From an uncultured Verrucomicrobiae bacterium (GTDB lineage Bacteria; Verrucomicrobiota; Verrucomicrobiia; Chthoniobacterales; JAATET01), in the NCBI GenBank assembly GCA_963719495.1, contig CAVRCI010000013.1:157888-221887 (forward strand): a stretch of 64,000 nucleotides of DNA, in the 5' to 3' direction. The position numbers and the translations under genes are program-made. The notes beneath the pieces are model-generated. The model saw only the letters and a program-made list of their open reading frames with translations, did no database searches and was not told where the DNA came from. The first letter of the stretch is position 1; each line of letters begins with the position of its first letter. This document shows, piece after piece, positions 53,147 through 63,300 of this stretch.

Positions 53147-53827
53147 ATGATTGAATCCCGAGCCGCCGAGCGACCCACCCGATTTTTGGCAAAAGCGCGC
53201 ACGGCCCTCGGTATCGCGGCCCTCGCCGCCAGCCTCCTCGCGCTCGGCGGTTGTCTCTACGACACGCCGATCACCGCCAACGCGTCGACGAACATCGACA
53301 CCCGCCTCCTCGGCGTCTTCGAATACAAGGAGCGCATCCCGAACGCCGAGCTCGAGGACGACACCGACGAAGCGTCGAAATTCAAGATTCACCGCGCCGC
53401 CATCATTCCGCGCGACGAGGATACCTACTGGATCTACTACAAGAACTTCAGCGAATCCCCCGCCAAGGTTTTGCGCTTCATCGGTTGGATCTCGCGCGTC
53501 GACGGCGACTATTACCTCTCGATGCAGGACGACACCGTGGACTCCCCGGCGCTCGGGAAATTTGCCTTCGTGAAATTCGATTGGAGCTTCCCCGGCAACT
53601 TCACGATCTCCGCGCCGAACATGCAGGGCGTCGAGACGGTCGAGACCCCCGAAGAGATGCGCCGCGCCCTCCGCGCCCGCCTCGCCGACGACACCCTCTT
53701 CCCCTACGAACCCACCCCGTGGGACAAAATCGCCCGCGTCTACTGGGACCGCAAAGCCGAGAATCCCACCATCGAGATCCCCCGCGAATTCGAAGAAGGC
53801 GCGACCGAAAATTTCCCCGGCCTCTAG
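53147..53827 (+). CDS. Hypothetical lipoprotein
   Basis: Lipobox LLALGGC after a hydrophobic signal region. No domain recognised. Confidence 0.55.
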   Translation: MIESRAAERPTRFLAKARTALGIAALAASLLALGGCLYDTPITANASTNIDTRLLGVFEYKERIPNAELEDDTDEASKFKIHRAAIIPRDEDTYWIYYKNFSESPAKVLRFIGWISRVDGDYYLSMQDDTVDSPALGKFAFVKFDWSFPGNFTISAPNMQGVETVETPEEMRRALRARLADDTLFPYEPTPWDKIARVYWDRKAENPTIEIPREFEEGATENFPGL

Positions 53828-53858
53828 GGAATTCTCCGCTCCCCACCAGCCAAACGGG

Positions 53859-53911
53859 GCGAGGACGTCTCGTCCTCGCGTTAATAAATTCAGGAGGGCG
53901 GGACGCCCTCC
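53859..53911 (+). repeat. Pair of perfect GC-rich hairpins (possible terminator)
   Basis: gcgaggacg-tct-cgtcctcgc (53859-79, followed by gttaataaatt) and ggagggcg-gga-cgccctcc (53893-911). They lie downstream of the lipoprotein gene. Confidence 0.4.
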
Positions 53912-54048
53912 CACCATTTGATCCAGCCCATCGGACCTTCGGCCCGATCCACCCAGAGGCAGAAACCGAGCACCACGCCCAGAATTTCCACCCCGCCGCA
54001 CCCCCGCCGAACCTTGTAAAGCCCGGCAATCCTGTCATTTTCCCCGCA

Positions 54049-55428
54049 ATGGCATCTTACGATTTGATAGTGATTGGCGGCGGTCCCGCCGGGTATGTTG
54101 GCGCGATTCGGGCCGCTCAGTTGGGTAAAAAAGTCGCGTGCGTCGAAATGGATCGAGCCGGCGGCACCTGCCTCAACTGGGGCTGCATCCCGACCAAATC
54201 CCTCCTCAAAAACGCCGAGGTCTACCAGACGATGACCCAGCACGCCGACGATTTCGGCCTCTCGTTCGACAACCTCACCTTCGATTGGAGCAAGGTGATC
54301 GGTCGCAGCCGCAAGGTCGCCGACAAGCTGGCCGGCGGTATCGAGATGCTCTTCAAGAAGAACAAAATCGACTACATCCGCGGCGAAGGTGCCATCCCCA
54401 AGGAGGGCAGCGTCGAAGTCACCGACAAGGACGGCAAGCAGACCACCTACGAAGCGAAGAACATCCTCATCGCCACCGGCGTCGTCACCCGACAGATGCC
54501 CGGCTTCCCCTTCAACGGCAAATCCGTCATCGGCTCCAAGCAGGCCATGGTCCTGCCCGAGCAACCGAAGGACATCATCATCATCGGCGCCGGCGCGATC
54601 GGCATCGAATTCGCCTACTTCTTCAACGCCTTCGGCACGAACGTCACCGTGATCGAAATGCTGCCCAATATCCTCCCCGTCGAGGACACCGAAGTCAGCC
54701 AGACCCTCGAAAAATCCCTCACCAAGCAGGGCATCAAACTCCTCACCGGCACCAAAGTCGAGAAGGCGGAAGCGACCAACAAAGGCGTCAAAATTACCGT
54801 CTCCGGCAAGAAGGACGAGACGCTCGAAGCATCCATCGCCCTCGTCGCCATCGGCGTCTCCCCGCTGCTCCCCGGCGGAATGAAAATCGAGCTTACCGAA
54901 AAGGGCTCGATCAAGACCGGCGACCGCTACGAGACCAACGTCAAAGGCGTCTACGCCGCCGGCGACATCATCGGCCCCCCGTGGCTCGCCCACGTCGCCA
55001 GCTACGAAGCCATCCAGGCCGTCGAAGGCATGTTCGACGTCTCCGACCCAAAGCGCGTCACCCTCTTCCCGGGCTGCACCTACTGCCACCCGCAGGTCGC
55101 CAGCACCGGCCTCACCGAGCGCGCCGCCAAGGAACAAGGCATCAAATACAAGGTCGGCAAATTCCCGTTCATGGCGTCCGGCAAAGCCCTCGCCGTCGGC
55201 GACAGCGAAGGCTTCGTCAAACTCATCATCGGCGAAGAACACGGCGAGATCATCGGCGCGCACATCATCGGAGCCGACGCGACCGAGATGATCGCCGAAC
55301 TCGGCCTCGCGATGAACCTCGAAGCGACCTACGAGGAGATCGGCGGCACCATCCACGCCCACCCGACCCTCAGCGAAGCCGTCATGGAAGCCGCCCACGC
55401 CACCCAGGGCCACGCCATCCACTTCTGA
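54049..55428 (+). CDS. lpdA: Dihydrolipoyl dehydrogenase (E3)
   Basis: Trimmed to ATG 54049. Contains DLIVIGGGPAGYVGAIRAAQLG, the redox-active GGTCLNWGCIPTK, and the C-terminal HAHPTLSEA. Confidence 0.95.
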   Translation: MASYDLIVIGGGPAGYVGAIRAAQLGKKVACVEMDRAGGTCLNWGCIPTKSLLKNAEVYQTMTQHADDFGLSFDNLTFDWSKVIGRSRKVADKLAGGIEMLFKKNKIDYIRGEGAIPKEGSVEVTDKDGKQTTYEAKNILIATGVVTRQMPGFPFNGKSVIGSKQAMVLPEQPKDIIIIGAGAIGIEFAYFFNAFGTNVTVIEMLPNILPVEDTEVSQTLEKSLTKQGIKLLTGTKVEKAEATNKGVKITVSGKKDETLEASIALVAIGVSPLLPGGMKIELTEKGSIKTGDRYETNVKGVYAAGDIIGPPWLAHVASYEAIQAVEGMFDVSDPKRVTLFPGCTYCHPQVASTGLTERAAKEQGIKYKVGKFPFMASGKALAVGDSEGFVKLIIGEEHGEIIGAHIIGADATEMIAELGLAMNLEATYEEIGGTIHAHPTLSEAVMEAAHATQGHAIHF

Positions 55429-55486
55429 AGTGAACCCGGTGTCCCGGTTGGAAGTTGAGAGTTTGTAGTTGATAGCAGCTTCAAGC

Positions 55487-55517
55487 AGCGGCGATTTGCA
55501 ATCGCCGAACCAACCCA
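55487..55517. repeat. Second copy of agcggcgatttgcaatcgccgaaccaaccca
   Basis: Exact 31-nt match to 7887-7917. Lies between the convergent lpdA and lgt genes. Confidence 0.8.
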
Positions 55518-55542
55518 GAGGCGAAGCCTCACCCCTTTCACC

Positions 55543-56490
55543 TCACCGCCACCGCGGAGCCCACCGCGGCTTGAGCCACGCCGACACCCAGAACCCCGCC
55601 CCGATCAGCACCAAAAACAGCGACAAGAACTGCCCACGCGTCAGCCCCCACGTCAGCGCCGCATCCGGCTCGCGAAACGCCTCACCCACGATCCGCAGCA
55701 CGGCGTAAGCCACGAAAAACGCACCCGTCACCACCCCATCGCGCGTCTTCACCATCGTCCGCAGCACCCACAACAGCACGAAGAGCACCAAGCCCTCCAA
55801 CGCCGCCTCATAGAGTTGCGAAGGATGCCGCGGCGCCAGGCCACCCGCCAGCACTTCTCTCAACGCCGCCGAAGTCCGGCTCGCTGGTTCGATCACGTCG
55901 ACCGTCGTCCAATTTGGATTGATCGCCACCGCTCCGCGCACGATCTCCCGCCGCGCCGCGTCGGGCAGGTCCGCCGAATACAATTCCTTGGGAAACTGCA
56001 CCGCCCACGCGACCGAAGTGATCCGCCCGTAGAGCTCGCCGTTGATGAAATTCGCCACCCGCCCGAAGAAGAGTCCGAGCGGCACGACCACCACCAGATT
56101 GTCCCCCAGATTGCGCCAGCTGACCTCGTGCCGCCGCGAATACCACAGCGTGTAGAGCGACATCCCGACGATCCCACCGTGGCTCGCCATCCCGCCGTCC
56201 CACACCTTGAAGAGGCTCATCGGATCCGCCACCAGCGCGTCGAAATTGTAGAGCAGCATGTAACCCAGCCGCCCCCCCAGCAGCACCCCGAACATCGCCC
56301 CCCAAATGATGAAATCGCTCACCTTTTCCGGCGCCAGGTCCGAGTAACCCTTCTTCGCCAGCCACCGATACACCGAGATCCCCACCACGAACGCCGCCAC
56401 GTAGGCCAGCCCATACCAGCGCAGGCCAATCGAGTCGGTCAGCCGAATCAAAAACGGACTCAGATCGTGGACGTAATACGCGAGCGACAT
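55543..56490 (-). CDS. lgt: Prolipoprotein diacylglyceryl transferase
   Basis: Trimmed to ATG 56490 (MSLAYYVH...). Contains WDGGMASHGG and FGRVANFINGELYGR. Confidence 0.9.
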   Translation of the reverse strand: MSLAYYVHDLSPFLIRLTDSIGLRWYGLAYVAAFVVGISVYRWLAKKGYSDLAPEKVSDFIIWGAMFGVLLGGRLGYMLLYNFDALVADPMSLFKVWDGGMASHGGIVGMSLYTLWYSRRHEVSWRNLGDNLVVVVPLGLFFGRVANFINGELYGRITSVAWAVQFPKELYSADLPDAARREIVRGAVAINPNWTTVDVIEPASRTSAALREVLAGGLAPRHPSQLYEAALEGLVLFVLLWVLRTMVKTRDGVVTGAFFVAYAVLRIVGEAFREPDAALTWGLTRGQFLSLFLVLIGAGFWVSAWLKPRWAPRWR

Positions 56491-56727
56491 CGGGCGCGTG
56501 AGATTGCACGCCCGCCCGGGCCGGATCAACTTTCATCTCCGATCTCAGGGCGTGGTTGAAAGCGCGTCCAGAGCCGGGCCGGAAGGAGGGAGTGCAATTG
56601 CGACCAAAGCGCCAGCACGTGTCGAGCCGCAGGCGAGGCCGACGCGGGTGGCCAATGACCGCCCACGCGGCGAAGCAAACCTCCGGCTACGCTCGGCGTC
56701 TGCGACAAAGCGCCCCAGCTTCCCCGA

Positions 56728-56767
56728 TTCCCTGTAAAATGTGACGGCCGTCACATTTTACAGGGAA
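56728..56767. promoter_or_regulatory. Perfect 40-bp palindrome with TGTGA-N6-TCACA core (CRP/FNR-family-like operator or RNA hairpin)
   Basis: ttccctgtaaaatgtgacgg|ccgtcacattttacagggaa. The inner 22 bp, aaaTGTGAcggccgTCACAttt, match the classical CRP half-site spacing. It is an AT-rich island in GC-rich non-coding DNA. Confidence 0.5.
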
Positions 56768-56895
56768 CGAATTGGCGGCGAAAGCCTCGGGGGGGCCGCG
56801 TCTTGCCGCTGGCAAGCCGGAGCCCGCCCGTCGGAAGGACCCCGGATCCAGGGGTCCCGGGCCGGAGAGCGGCGACCCAGCGGAAGAATCCGCTC

Positions 56896-56929
56896 CCGAT
56901 AAAACGTAACGGCCGTTTCGTTTTATCGG
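56896..56929. promoter_or_regulatory. Related 34-bp near-palindrome (1 mismatch)
   Basis: ccgataaaacgtaacgg|ccgtttcgttttatcgg shares the TAAAAYGTRACGGCCGTYWCRTTTTA layout with the palindrome 168 bp upstream. Confidence 0.4.
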
Positions 56930-57194
56930 TCGACGCCGCGAAGATCTGGGAGGGGAGAAGGGCCCGAAGGGCGCTCGGATGAGATGGGAGACCCGATGCC
57001 GCCGGCCGTTAAATCGCGGCGATTCCCACTCCCACGGATAAGTCGGCCGCGTCGCAATGCCCCCTCGGTCAGACGTTGCCGCCGTTCGCGAGACTCTCCT
57101 TCCGGTCAGCGCGGGCTCCCGATCACACCTCCGAGCGTTCACCCCGGGTGTTTTTGAATTTACACGACCCACGGAACCGGATTTAGCTTCCCCC

Positions 57195-57398
57195 GTGAAA
57201 CCCGCCCTCCTCAGCCTGTCCTTCGTCACGCTCTGCCTTGCCTCCTGCACCACGCTGGAAAATCGGCGAGACCTCTACTGCGGAAGCGACGTCGTCTGCG
57301 GCCCCTACACCAAGATGCTCTGCCACGGCATCCCGGCCACCGAGGAGACCGAGATCACCGTCGTCGCGACCGACTTCAAGTCCGTCAACGGGAAGTAA
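57195..57398 (+). CDS. Small Cys-containing lipoprotein (67 aa)
   Basis: A GTG start at 57195 gives (M)KPALLSLSFVTLCLASC with lipobox LASC. The mature part has 3 further Cys. The longer track ORF from 57057 has no signal-peptide logic. Confidence 0.45.
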   Translation: MKPALLSLSFVTLCLASCTTLENRRDLYCGSDVVCGPYTKMLCHGIPATEETEITVVATDFKSVNGK

Positions 57399-57441
57399 GA
57401 CGCCCCGGTGGAAGCCGAGGTCACGACGCTCCCCCGGTCAA

Positions 57442-57476
57442 GCTCCACCATTCACCATTCACGAGTCGCCAATCAC
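57442..57476. repeat. Heptanucleotide array (CATTCAC family)
   Basis: gctccac cattcac cattcac gagtcgc caatcac. Lies between convergent stops at 57398 (+) and 57506 (-). Confidence 0.7.
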
Positions 57477-57505
57477 GCACGAGCGCTCGCGCGCGACGTG
57501 CCACC

Positions 57506-58228
57506 TCACCGCCGCTGCAGTTTGCTCAAGAGCCGCAGCATTTCGAGGTAGAGCCAGATCAGCGTCACCATCAGGCCAAACGCGCAATACCACTCCATGA
57601 AGCGTGGCGCGCCCGCCGCGACACCCCGGTCGACCGAGTCGAAATCCATCACCAGATTCAGCGCCGCGATCCCGACCACCAACAAGCTGAACCCGATTCC
57701 CATCATTCCACTTCCGTGAATGAACGGCACCTGAACGCCGAAGAATCCCAGCACGAACGTCACGATGTAGACCAGGAAAACGCCGCCCGTCGCCGCGACC
57801 ACGCCCATCCGGAATTTCTCGGTCACCTTGATGATTCCGCTTTGATACAGGAACAGCATCATCGCCATCACGCCGAAGGTCAGCATCACCGCCTGCAGCA
57901 CGATTCCTTGGAACTGCTGATTATACATCGCCGAAATCCCGCCCAGGAAGAGCCCCTGCAGCAGCCCGTAAATCGGTGCCGTGATCGGAGCCCACTCTTT
58001 TTTGAAAATCGTGACCAGCGCCACGATCAAGCCGCCAATCGCACCGCCCCACATCAGCGGCGCCGCCAGCGGCCCCTCCAGATTCCACGTGAAGGTCGCT
58101 CCGAGGACAACCAGCGCCAGCAGAATGCCGGTCTTGGAGACCGTGCCCGAAACGGTCATCGCCGGACCCTGCCGGACGGAAATTTTTTCAAAAGTGCCAC
58201 TATTGAGCGTCGGATTGCCGGAAGTCAT
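57506..58228 (-). CDS. Bax inhibitor-1/YccA family membrane protein
   Basis: Trimmed to ATG 58228 (MTSGNPTLNSGTFEK...). Seven predicted TM helices and a C-terminus LIWLYLEMLRLLSKLQRR typical of the family. Confidence 0.7.
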   Translation of the reverse strand: MTSGNPTLNSGTFEKISVRQGPAMTVSGTVSKTGILLALVVLGATFTWNLEGPLAAPLMWGGAIGGLIVALVTIFKKEWAPITAPIYGLLQGLFLGGISAMYNQQFQGIVLQAVMLTFGVMAMMLFLYQSGIIKVTEKFRMGVVAATGGVFLVYIVTFVLGFFGVQVPFIHGSGMMGIGFSLLVVGIAALNLVMDFDSVDRGVAAGAPRFMEWYCAFGLMVTLIWLYLEMLRLLSKLQRR

Positions 58229-58325
58229 GCGGTCTTCATAATCCACGCCCCGCCCGACGGCAAATCCGAAAGGAAAAGCAAACGGCTCGGCGGGCAGGTG
58301 CGTAACTAAAGGCGTGGACGCGACA

Positions 58326-58925
58326 ATGACCGAGATTAACCTGCCGGACACGGTCGGCGTGATCGCGCTGCCCGGGACGATCCTCTTCCCGGGCGCTCTG
58401 CTTCCGCTCTACATTTTCGAACCCCGCTACCGCGACATGCTCGCGAATTCGCTCGAAGACGAGCGCGTTTTCGCGGTCGCCATGCAGCGCTACGGCGACG
58501 AGGAGGTCCACGGAATTGGCGGAGCCGGCCTCGTCCGCGCCTGCGTCCGCAACGTCGATGGCACTTCACACCTCATCCTCCACGGTATCGCCCGCATCCG
58601 GTTCACCGAATGGTTGCAGACCGAGCCCTACCGCGTCGCCCGCATCGAGCGCCTGGAATCCCGCAACACCCACGACCCCGAGGCCGAAGAGCTTGCCCAC
58701 ACCGTCCGCGACGTCTGCCGCGGCCTCTCGGACCAGGGCTACGAACTCCCCAGGCACTTCGAAGCCTTTCTGGAGCAAGCGAAGTCCCCGGAGGCCCTCA
58801 GCGACGCCGTCTGCTCGACCCTCATCCCGGACGCCGAAGCCCGCCAAGCCCTCCTTCAAGAGCTCGACGTCGTCACCCGCCTCCAAGGCTTCCTGGAGAT
58901 CCTGAAGGGCCAACTCGGCGAGTAA
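58326..58925 (+). CDS. LON peptidase N-terminal substrate-binding domain protein
   Basis: IALPGTILFPGALLPLYIFEPRYRDML is the Lon N-terminal domain signature. No AAA+ or protease domain. GTG 58314 is an alternative start. Confidence 0.8.
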   Translation: MTEINLPDTVGVIALPGTILFPGALLPLYIFEPRYRDMLANSLEDERVFAVAMQRYGDEEVHGIGGAGLVRACVRNVDGTSHLILHGIARIRFTEWLQTEPYRVARIERLESRNTHDPEAEELAHTVRDVCRGLSDQGYELPRHFEAFLEQAKSPEALSDAVCSTLIPDAEARQALLQELDVVTRLQGFLEILKGQLGE

Positions 58926-58979
58926 TCTTCAAGAGACGGCGCGCTTCATCCGCCGAAGCTTTTCAAGGAGCGGTAACCC

Positions 58980-59339
58980 CTAGGCGTTCGCCAAAGCGGC
59001 CGTCTCCTTGCAGGAACCATTCTCCGGATTCACCAGCACGATGTAGGTCGCCCGCACGACGGCATCCTCCGCGACCCGACACTCGCCCCCGTCCAGTGCC
59101 ACCATCGGTGCCGTCACCCGCAGATGGTGCTCACTGTCGCCACCCTCCGTTTGAAGCATCACGGGCCCGGCCCCACACACCGTCCCGTCCTCGGCGATGT
59201 CCAGAAACTCGACGTCGAAAGACGCCACGTCCACCCTCCGCCGCACCGGCTGGTGCGGGTCGTAGACCCCAAGCGCCAAAGACCCCACTACGTATTCGCT
59301 CAGAACCTTCGCGACCAACTCTTCGTCGATTTCATCCAT
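58980..59339 (-). CDS. Hypothetical protein (119 aa)
   Basis: Trimmed to ATG 59339 (MDEIDEELVAKVLSEYVVG...). Codon usage is consistent with its neighbours. No domain recognised. Confidence 0.4.
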   Translation of the reverse strand: MDEIDEELVAKVLSEYVVGSLALGVYDPHQPVRRRVDVASFDVEFLDIAEDGTVCGAGPVMLQTEGGDSEHHLRVTAPMVALDGGECRVAEDAVVRATYIVLVNPENGSCKETAALANA

Positions 59340-59790
59340 GGAAAAGCCGCCGTATATCGACCGATCCGACGGAAATCGCAAGGACTTTGCCCCGACCTGA
59401 ATCCGACATTTCGCGTGAACCATATTTCCCAATCCACGCCGCGGCCCGGCACCAGCCAGCCGCCAGGGAAGGAACCAAAAACGCGGCCAACCCCGAACTC
59501 CCGACATGCAACGCCACACCAAAGAACCTCTCGCCAAAAATCCTCCGTCGACTCCCCTCGAAGCCCAGAACCCCGAGCGCCTCGATCCCATTTCCGAGGA
59601 CCCCATCCCTCAGCGGACCGACATGTCCGCCGAGCAGAAAGCCGGTTTCAGTCAGCCCGGGGAGACCGACGAACGCGTCGAAGAGTCCCGCTCGGACGAC
59701 GGACGAACCCATTGATTTGCCAAAATCGTCGCACCACAGACATCCGACGCCGCCCCCGCTTCCGATCCTCGCACACAAACTATTTTCAAA

Positions 59791-60144
59791 ATGACTGATC
59801 CGACCACCCAATCCGACCCACTCGCCGCCGACCACGCCGCCCCCGAGATTTCCGAAAAAATCGAAGCCGCTGGTTGTTGCGTGACCGAGACCGCCAAAGA
59901 CCACGTCTGGCTCATCTCCGGCACCCTTCTCCTTCTGGGCATCCTCATTGGTGCCGCCGCGACGCGGGCAACCGCCCCGCAGCCAACCCTTCGAAACGCC
60001 GCCCGCCGATCGTTCCGCTCCGCCCAGCGGAACACCAAGCAGGCGACCCGCCGCGTCGCGTCGCACTTGCCGCCCCGGATCCGCCCGGAGTTCAGCTTCG
60101 CCGATCGGTTCGCGAACGTCGCCGAACACCTCAAACTTTGGTAG
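59791..60144 (+). CDS. Hypothetical small membrane protein (117 aa)
   Basis: ATG start, one central TM segment (VWLISGTLLLLGILIGAAA) and a basic C-terminal half. No domain recognised. Confidence 0.4.
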   Translation: MTDPTTQSDPLAADHAAPEISEKIEAAGCCVTETAKDHVWLISGTLLLLGILIGAAATRATAPQPTLRNAARRSFRSAQRNTKQATRRVASHLPPRIRPEFSFADRFANVAEHLKLW

Positions 60145-60342
60145 CGCGAAGGCCTTCCTTCTCGGAGGGGCCTCGAGAAACCCGGTGAAATCAGGATTCC
60201 CGGCGTCCGTTTTTCTCCTCACCCGGATCGGTCGCAGCGCGACGTCGGTGGACGATTCGGAAGCCCCGCGGTCATCGACGCCGTCAACGCCGGTGATCGA
60301 TAACCGCAACGTCGGCGGTGCCGAGGCCACCGAGATCTCGGA

Positions 60343-63300
60343 CTAAGCTGCCGCGCCCCCAGGCAGCATCACGGTAAAGGTGGCGCCCTTTCCGACACCC
60401 GCGCTCGCGGCTTCGACGCTCCCACCGTGCGCCTCGACCGTGGCCTTGGCAATCGCCAAACCCAGTCCCAGGCCGCCGTATTCTTTCGTCACTTCGGCAC
60501 CTCCCTGCGTGAATGGATCGAAGACGGATTCCAGAGCCGCAGGCTCGATCCCGATCCCATCGTCCCCAACCTCGATCTTCACGTCCGAAGCTCTCGCCCG
60601 TAGGGCGATTCGGATTTCACCGCCGCTCGGCGAGAACTTCGACGCGTTCTTGATGAGATTCCAGATCGCCTGCTGCAGGCGGGCCGAGTCGCCCACATAG
60701 TCCCCACGGGTCGGCTCGATTTCCACGGTCATTCGCTGGTCCTTGGCCTCGATGTCCGGTCGAGAGATTTCGATCGCCGACCGCGTCGCTTCGGCCAGAT
60801 CCACCGGTTCGCGCCGGATTTCGAGCTTCCCATTCCCGATCCGAGTGACGTCGAGCAAGTCGTCGATGAAGTCCGCTTCGATCCGCACGTTCCGTTTGAT
60901 CATCACAAACGCCTCGCGCACGTCGTCCGGCAAATCCTTCCGCCGCGACAAAGTCTCGACCGCCATCACGATTGGGGTCAGCGGCGTTCGTAATTCGTGC
61001 GAAAGCACCGCCAGGAAATGGTCCTTGGCTTTACCGGCCACCTCCACCTCCGTCCGCGCTTGCTCGCTGGCCACGACGGCCTCCAGCAATTCCTCCCGGC
61101 TCCGGCGCAGGGCTTCCCCCACTTCCCGCGCCTCCGTGCGGTCGCGCAGAATTTTAACGAATCCGATCAGGTGCCCGTCGCCGCGTCGCATCGGCATCAG
61201 CGACCCACTCGCCCAGAAACGCTCCCCACTCTTCCGCTCGTGCCAGCGCTCGTCGCTCGCGCAGCCGCGCTCCCGGGCCGCCTCCACCTCCCTTCCGGGA
61301 ATGCCCAGCTCACAGTCCTCTTTGGTGAAGATCAGGTCGATCGGCGAACCCAGAACCTCCGCCTCCCGGTAGCCCAGGATGGTTTCCGCCCCCGCGCTCC
61401 AGCTCGTGATCCGACGCTCCGCGTCCGTCGTGAAGATCGCGTAATCCCGCGCGTTCTCGATCACGAGGCGCAACCGCTCGGCCGTCGCCCGCGTCTCCTC
61501 CTCCGCCTTCCGCCGCCCCGTGAGATCGATGAACGTCAGCACCACGCCCGAGATCCGGTCCTCCATCGTCCGATACGGCAGCACCCTCGCCAGAAACCAA
61601 CGCCCATCCGCGTCCCGCACCTCCCGCTCGACCGGCGTCAATCGCTCCAGCACCTGCGCGGCGTCCCCGCTGAGGTCCGCGTAATCCAGTCGGTGCGTCA
61701 GGTCCGACAACGGCCGGTTTAAATCCCCCGGAATCAGCCGGAAAATCGACACCGCGCTTGGCGTGTAACGCTTGATCCGCAGTTCCCGGTCGAGGAAGAT
61801 CGTCGCGATGTCCGTCGACGCCATCAGATTCTGCAGGTCGTTGTTCGAGCGGCCCAGCTCGTCGACCTTGCTCTTCAGTTCCTGATTCACCGTCGTCAGC
61901 TCCTCGTTGATCGACTGCAACTCCTCGCGGCCCGTCTCGAGCTCCTCGGTCGCCGACCGCAGCTCCTCGTTCATCGCCTGCAGCTCTTCGTTCGACGCTT
62001 TCAGCTCTTCGGTCTGCGCTTCATTGTTTTCCCCCGATTCGCGCAGTCGCCGCTTCACCAGCTCGACTTCTTCCTCGAGCTGACTCACCAGATCGCTTTC
62101 CCCGGACGCCGCCAGAGCCGCCCCCGGCGTATCGCCCCCCGGGTGTCCGTCCTCCCGCTCCCGAAACACCACCAAAAGAAGAGCCGCCACCAGGTCCTGC
62201 GCCGGCCTCACCCCGATGTCCACCACCCGCGTCTCCCCCGCCACCGCCATCCGCACCCCCGCGACATCCACCGAAGTCCCCGTCTTCGTGGCCTGGTAGA
62301 GCGCCACCCTCAGCTCCGCCCGCAACCCCTCGTTCACGACCCGCAGCAGATTCGCCGTCGGCTCCCCGCTCGAAAATTGCAGGAAACGCCCCACCGATTT
62401 CGACATGTGGAGGATTTCGTAATTCTCGTCCACCAACAGCGACGGCGGACCCAGACGCTCGATCAATTGAAAATGCACGTCCGCCCACTTGGCGTCCGTC
62501 ATCCCATCCGGCACCACCGAAGCCGGAGCGCTCTCCCGATCCTCGTAATCCCGCCTCGACGGCAGCCCGCCACTCTGGCGTTCGAACATTTGCGACAACG
62601 TCGGCGCCCCCGTCGGCACCGGAAGATTCGTCCGGGAGATCGCCAGCCGCCGATACAGTCGATGCTTCTTGTCGAGCGGCGCGAACAGCGCCGTCGCCTC
62701 CTCCGCCGACTCCGAAATACTCAGAAACAACCGCCCCTCGCCGCGCAACGCGAAGTGGAATACGTCGAAGACCCGCTCCTGCGACCCGCGACTCAGGTAA
62801 ATGAGCAGATTCCGGCACGACACCAGATCCAACTGCGAAAACGGCGCGTCCTTCAACAAATCATGCAGCGCGAAGAGCACCACCTCCCGCAGTTCCCGCT
62901 TCACCCGATACCCCCGGTGCTCGCGGACGAAAAACCGCTTTAGCCGGCCCTCCGACACGTCGGCCTGGATCGTGTCCAGATACATCGCCGCCCGCGCGGT
63001 CTCGATCGCCTGCTCGTCCAGATCCGTCGCGAACACCTGGATCCCCGGCGGCGCGTCCAGCGTCGCCGCGTGCTCACACAACAACATCGCCACGGAATAA
63101 GCCTCCTCGCCCGTCGCGCACGCCGGCACCCACACCCGCACGTGATCGCCCGGCCCCTTCCCTTCGAACAACCGCGGCAGGTCCGCCGCCAGCGCCTCGA
63201 ACGCCCCCACGTCCCGGAAAAAATTCGTCACGCTGATCAGTAAATCCTGCAACAGCGCCCCCGTCTCCCCCGCGTGCTTCCGCATGAAACCCAAATAATC

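Noticed and set aside
52046-55422. Antisense ORFs 52046-54001 (651 aa) and 53890-55422 (510 aa).
   Set aside because: They lie opposite glgC, the lipoprotein gene and lpdA. Their translations are low-complexity G/A/V/D/E strings with no motifs.
56540-57194. Checked the long non-coding gap for RNase P RNA, tmRNA and SRP (4.5S) RNA.
   Set aside because: - No GAGGAAAGUCCGGGC / ACAGAACCCGGCUUA P4 strands at an appropriate spacing; two weakly similar strings are only about 130 nt apart.
- No tmRNA tRNA-like ends.
- A CCGGAAGGAG string near 56575 fails to form the conserved SRP helix-8 pairing.

An Rfam/Infernal scan is still needed.
57057-57398. 113-aa version of the small ORF.
   Set aside because: The N-terminal 46 residues have no signal or domain logic and overlap the structured non-coding region. 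An internal GTG gives a canonical lipoprotein signal peptide (LASC lipobox).
59124-60330. ORFs 59124-59798 (+, 224 aa), 59332-60330 (-, 332 aa) and a 69-aa acidic ORF at 59506-59715 (+).
   Set aside because: The two long ORFs are Arg/Pro-rich, overlap better candidates and have no motifs. The 69-aa ORF has moderately gene-like third-position GC but no other support, so it is left uncalled.
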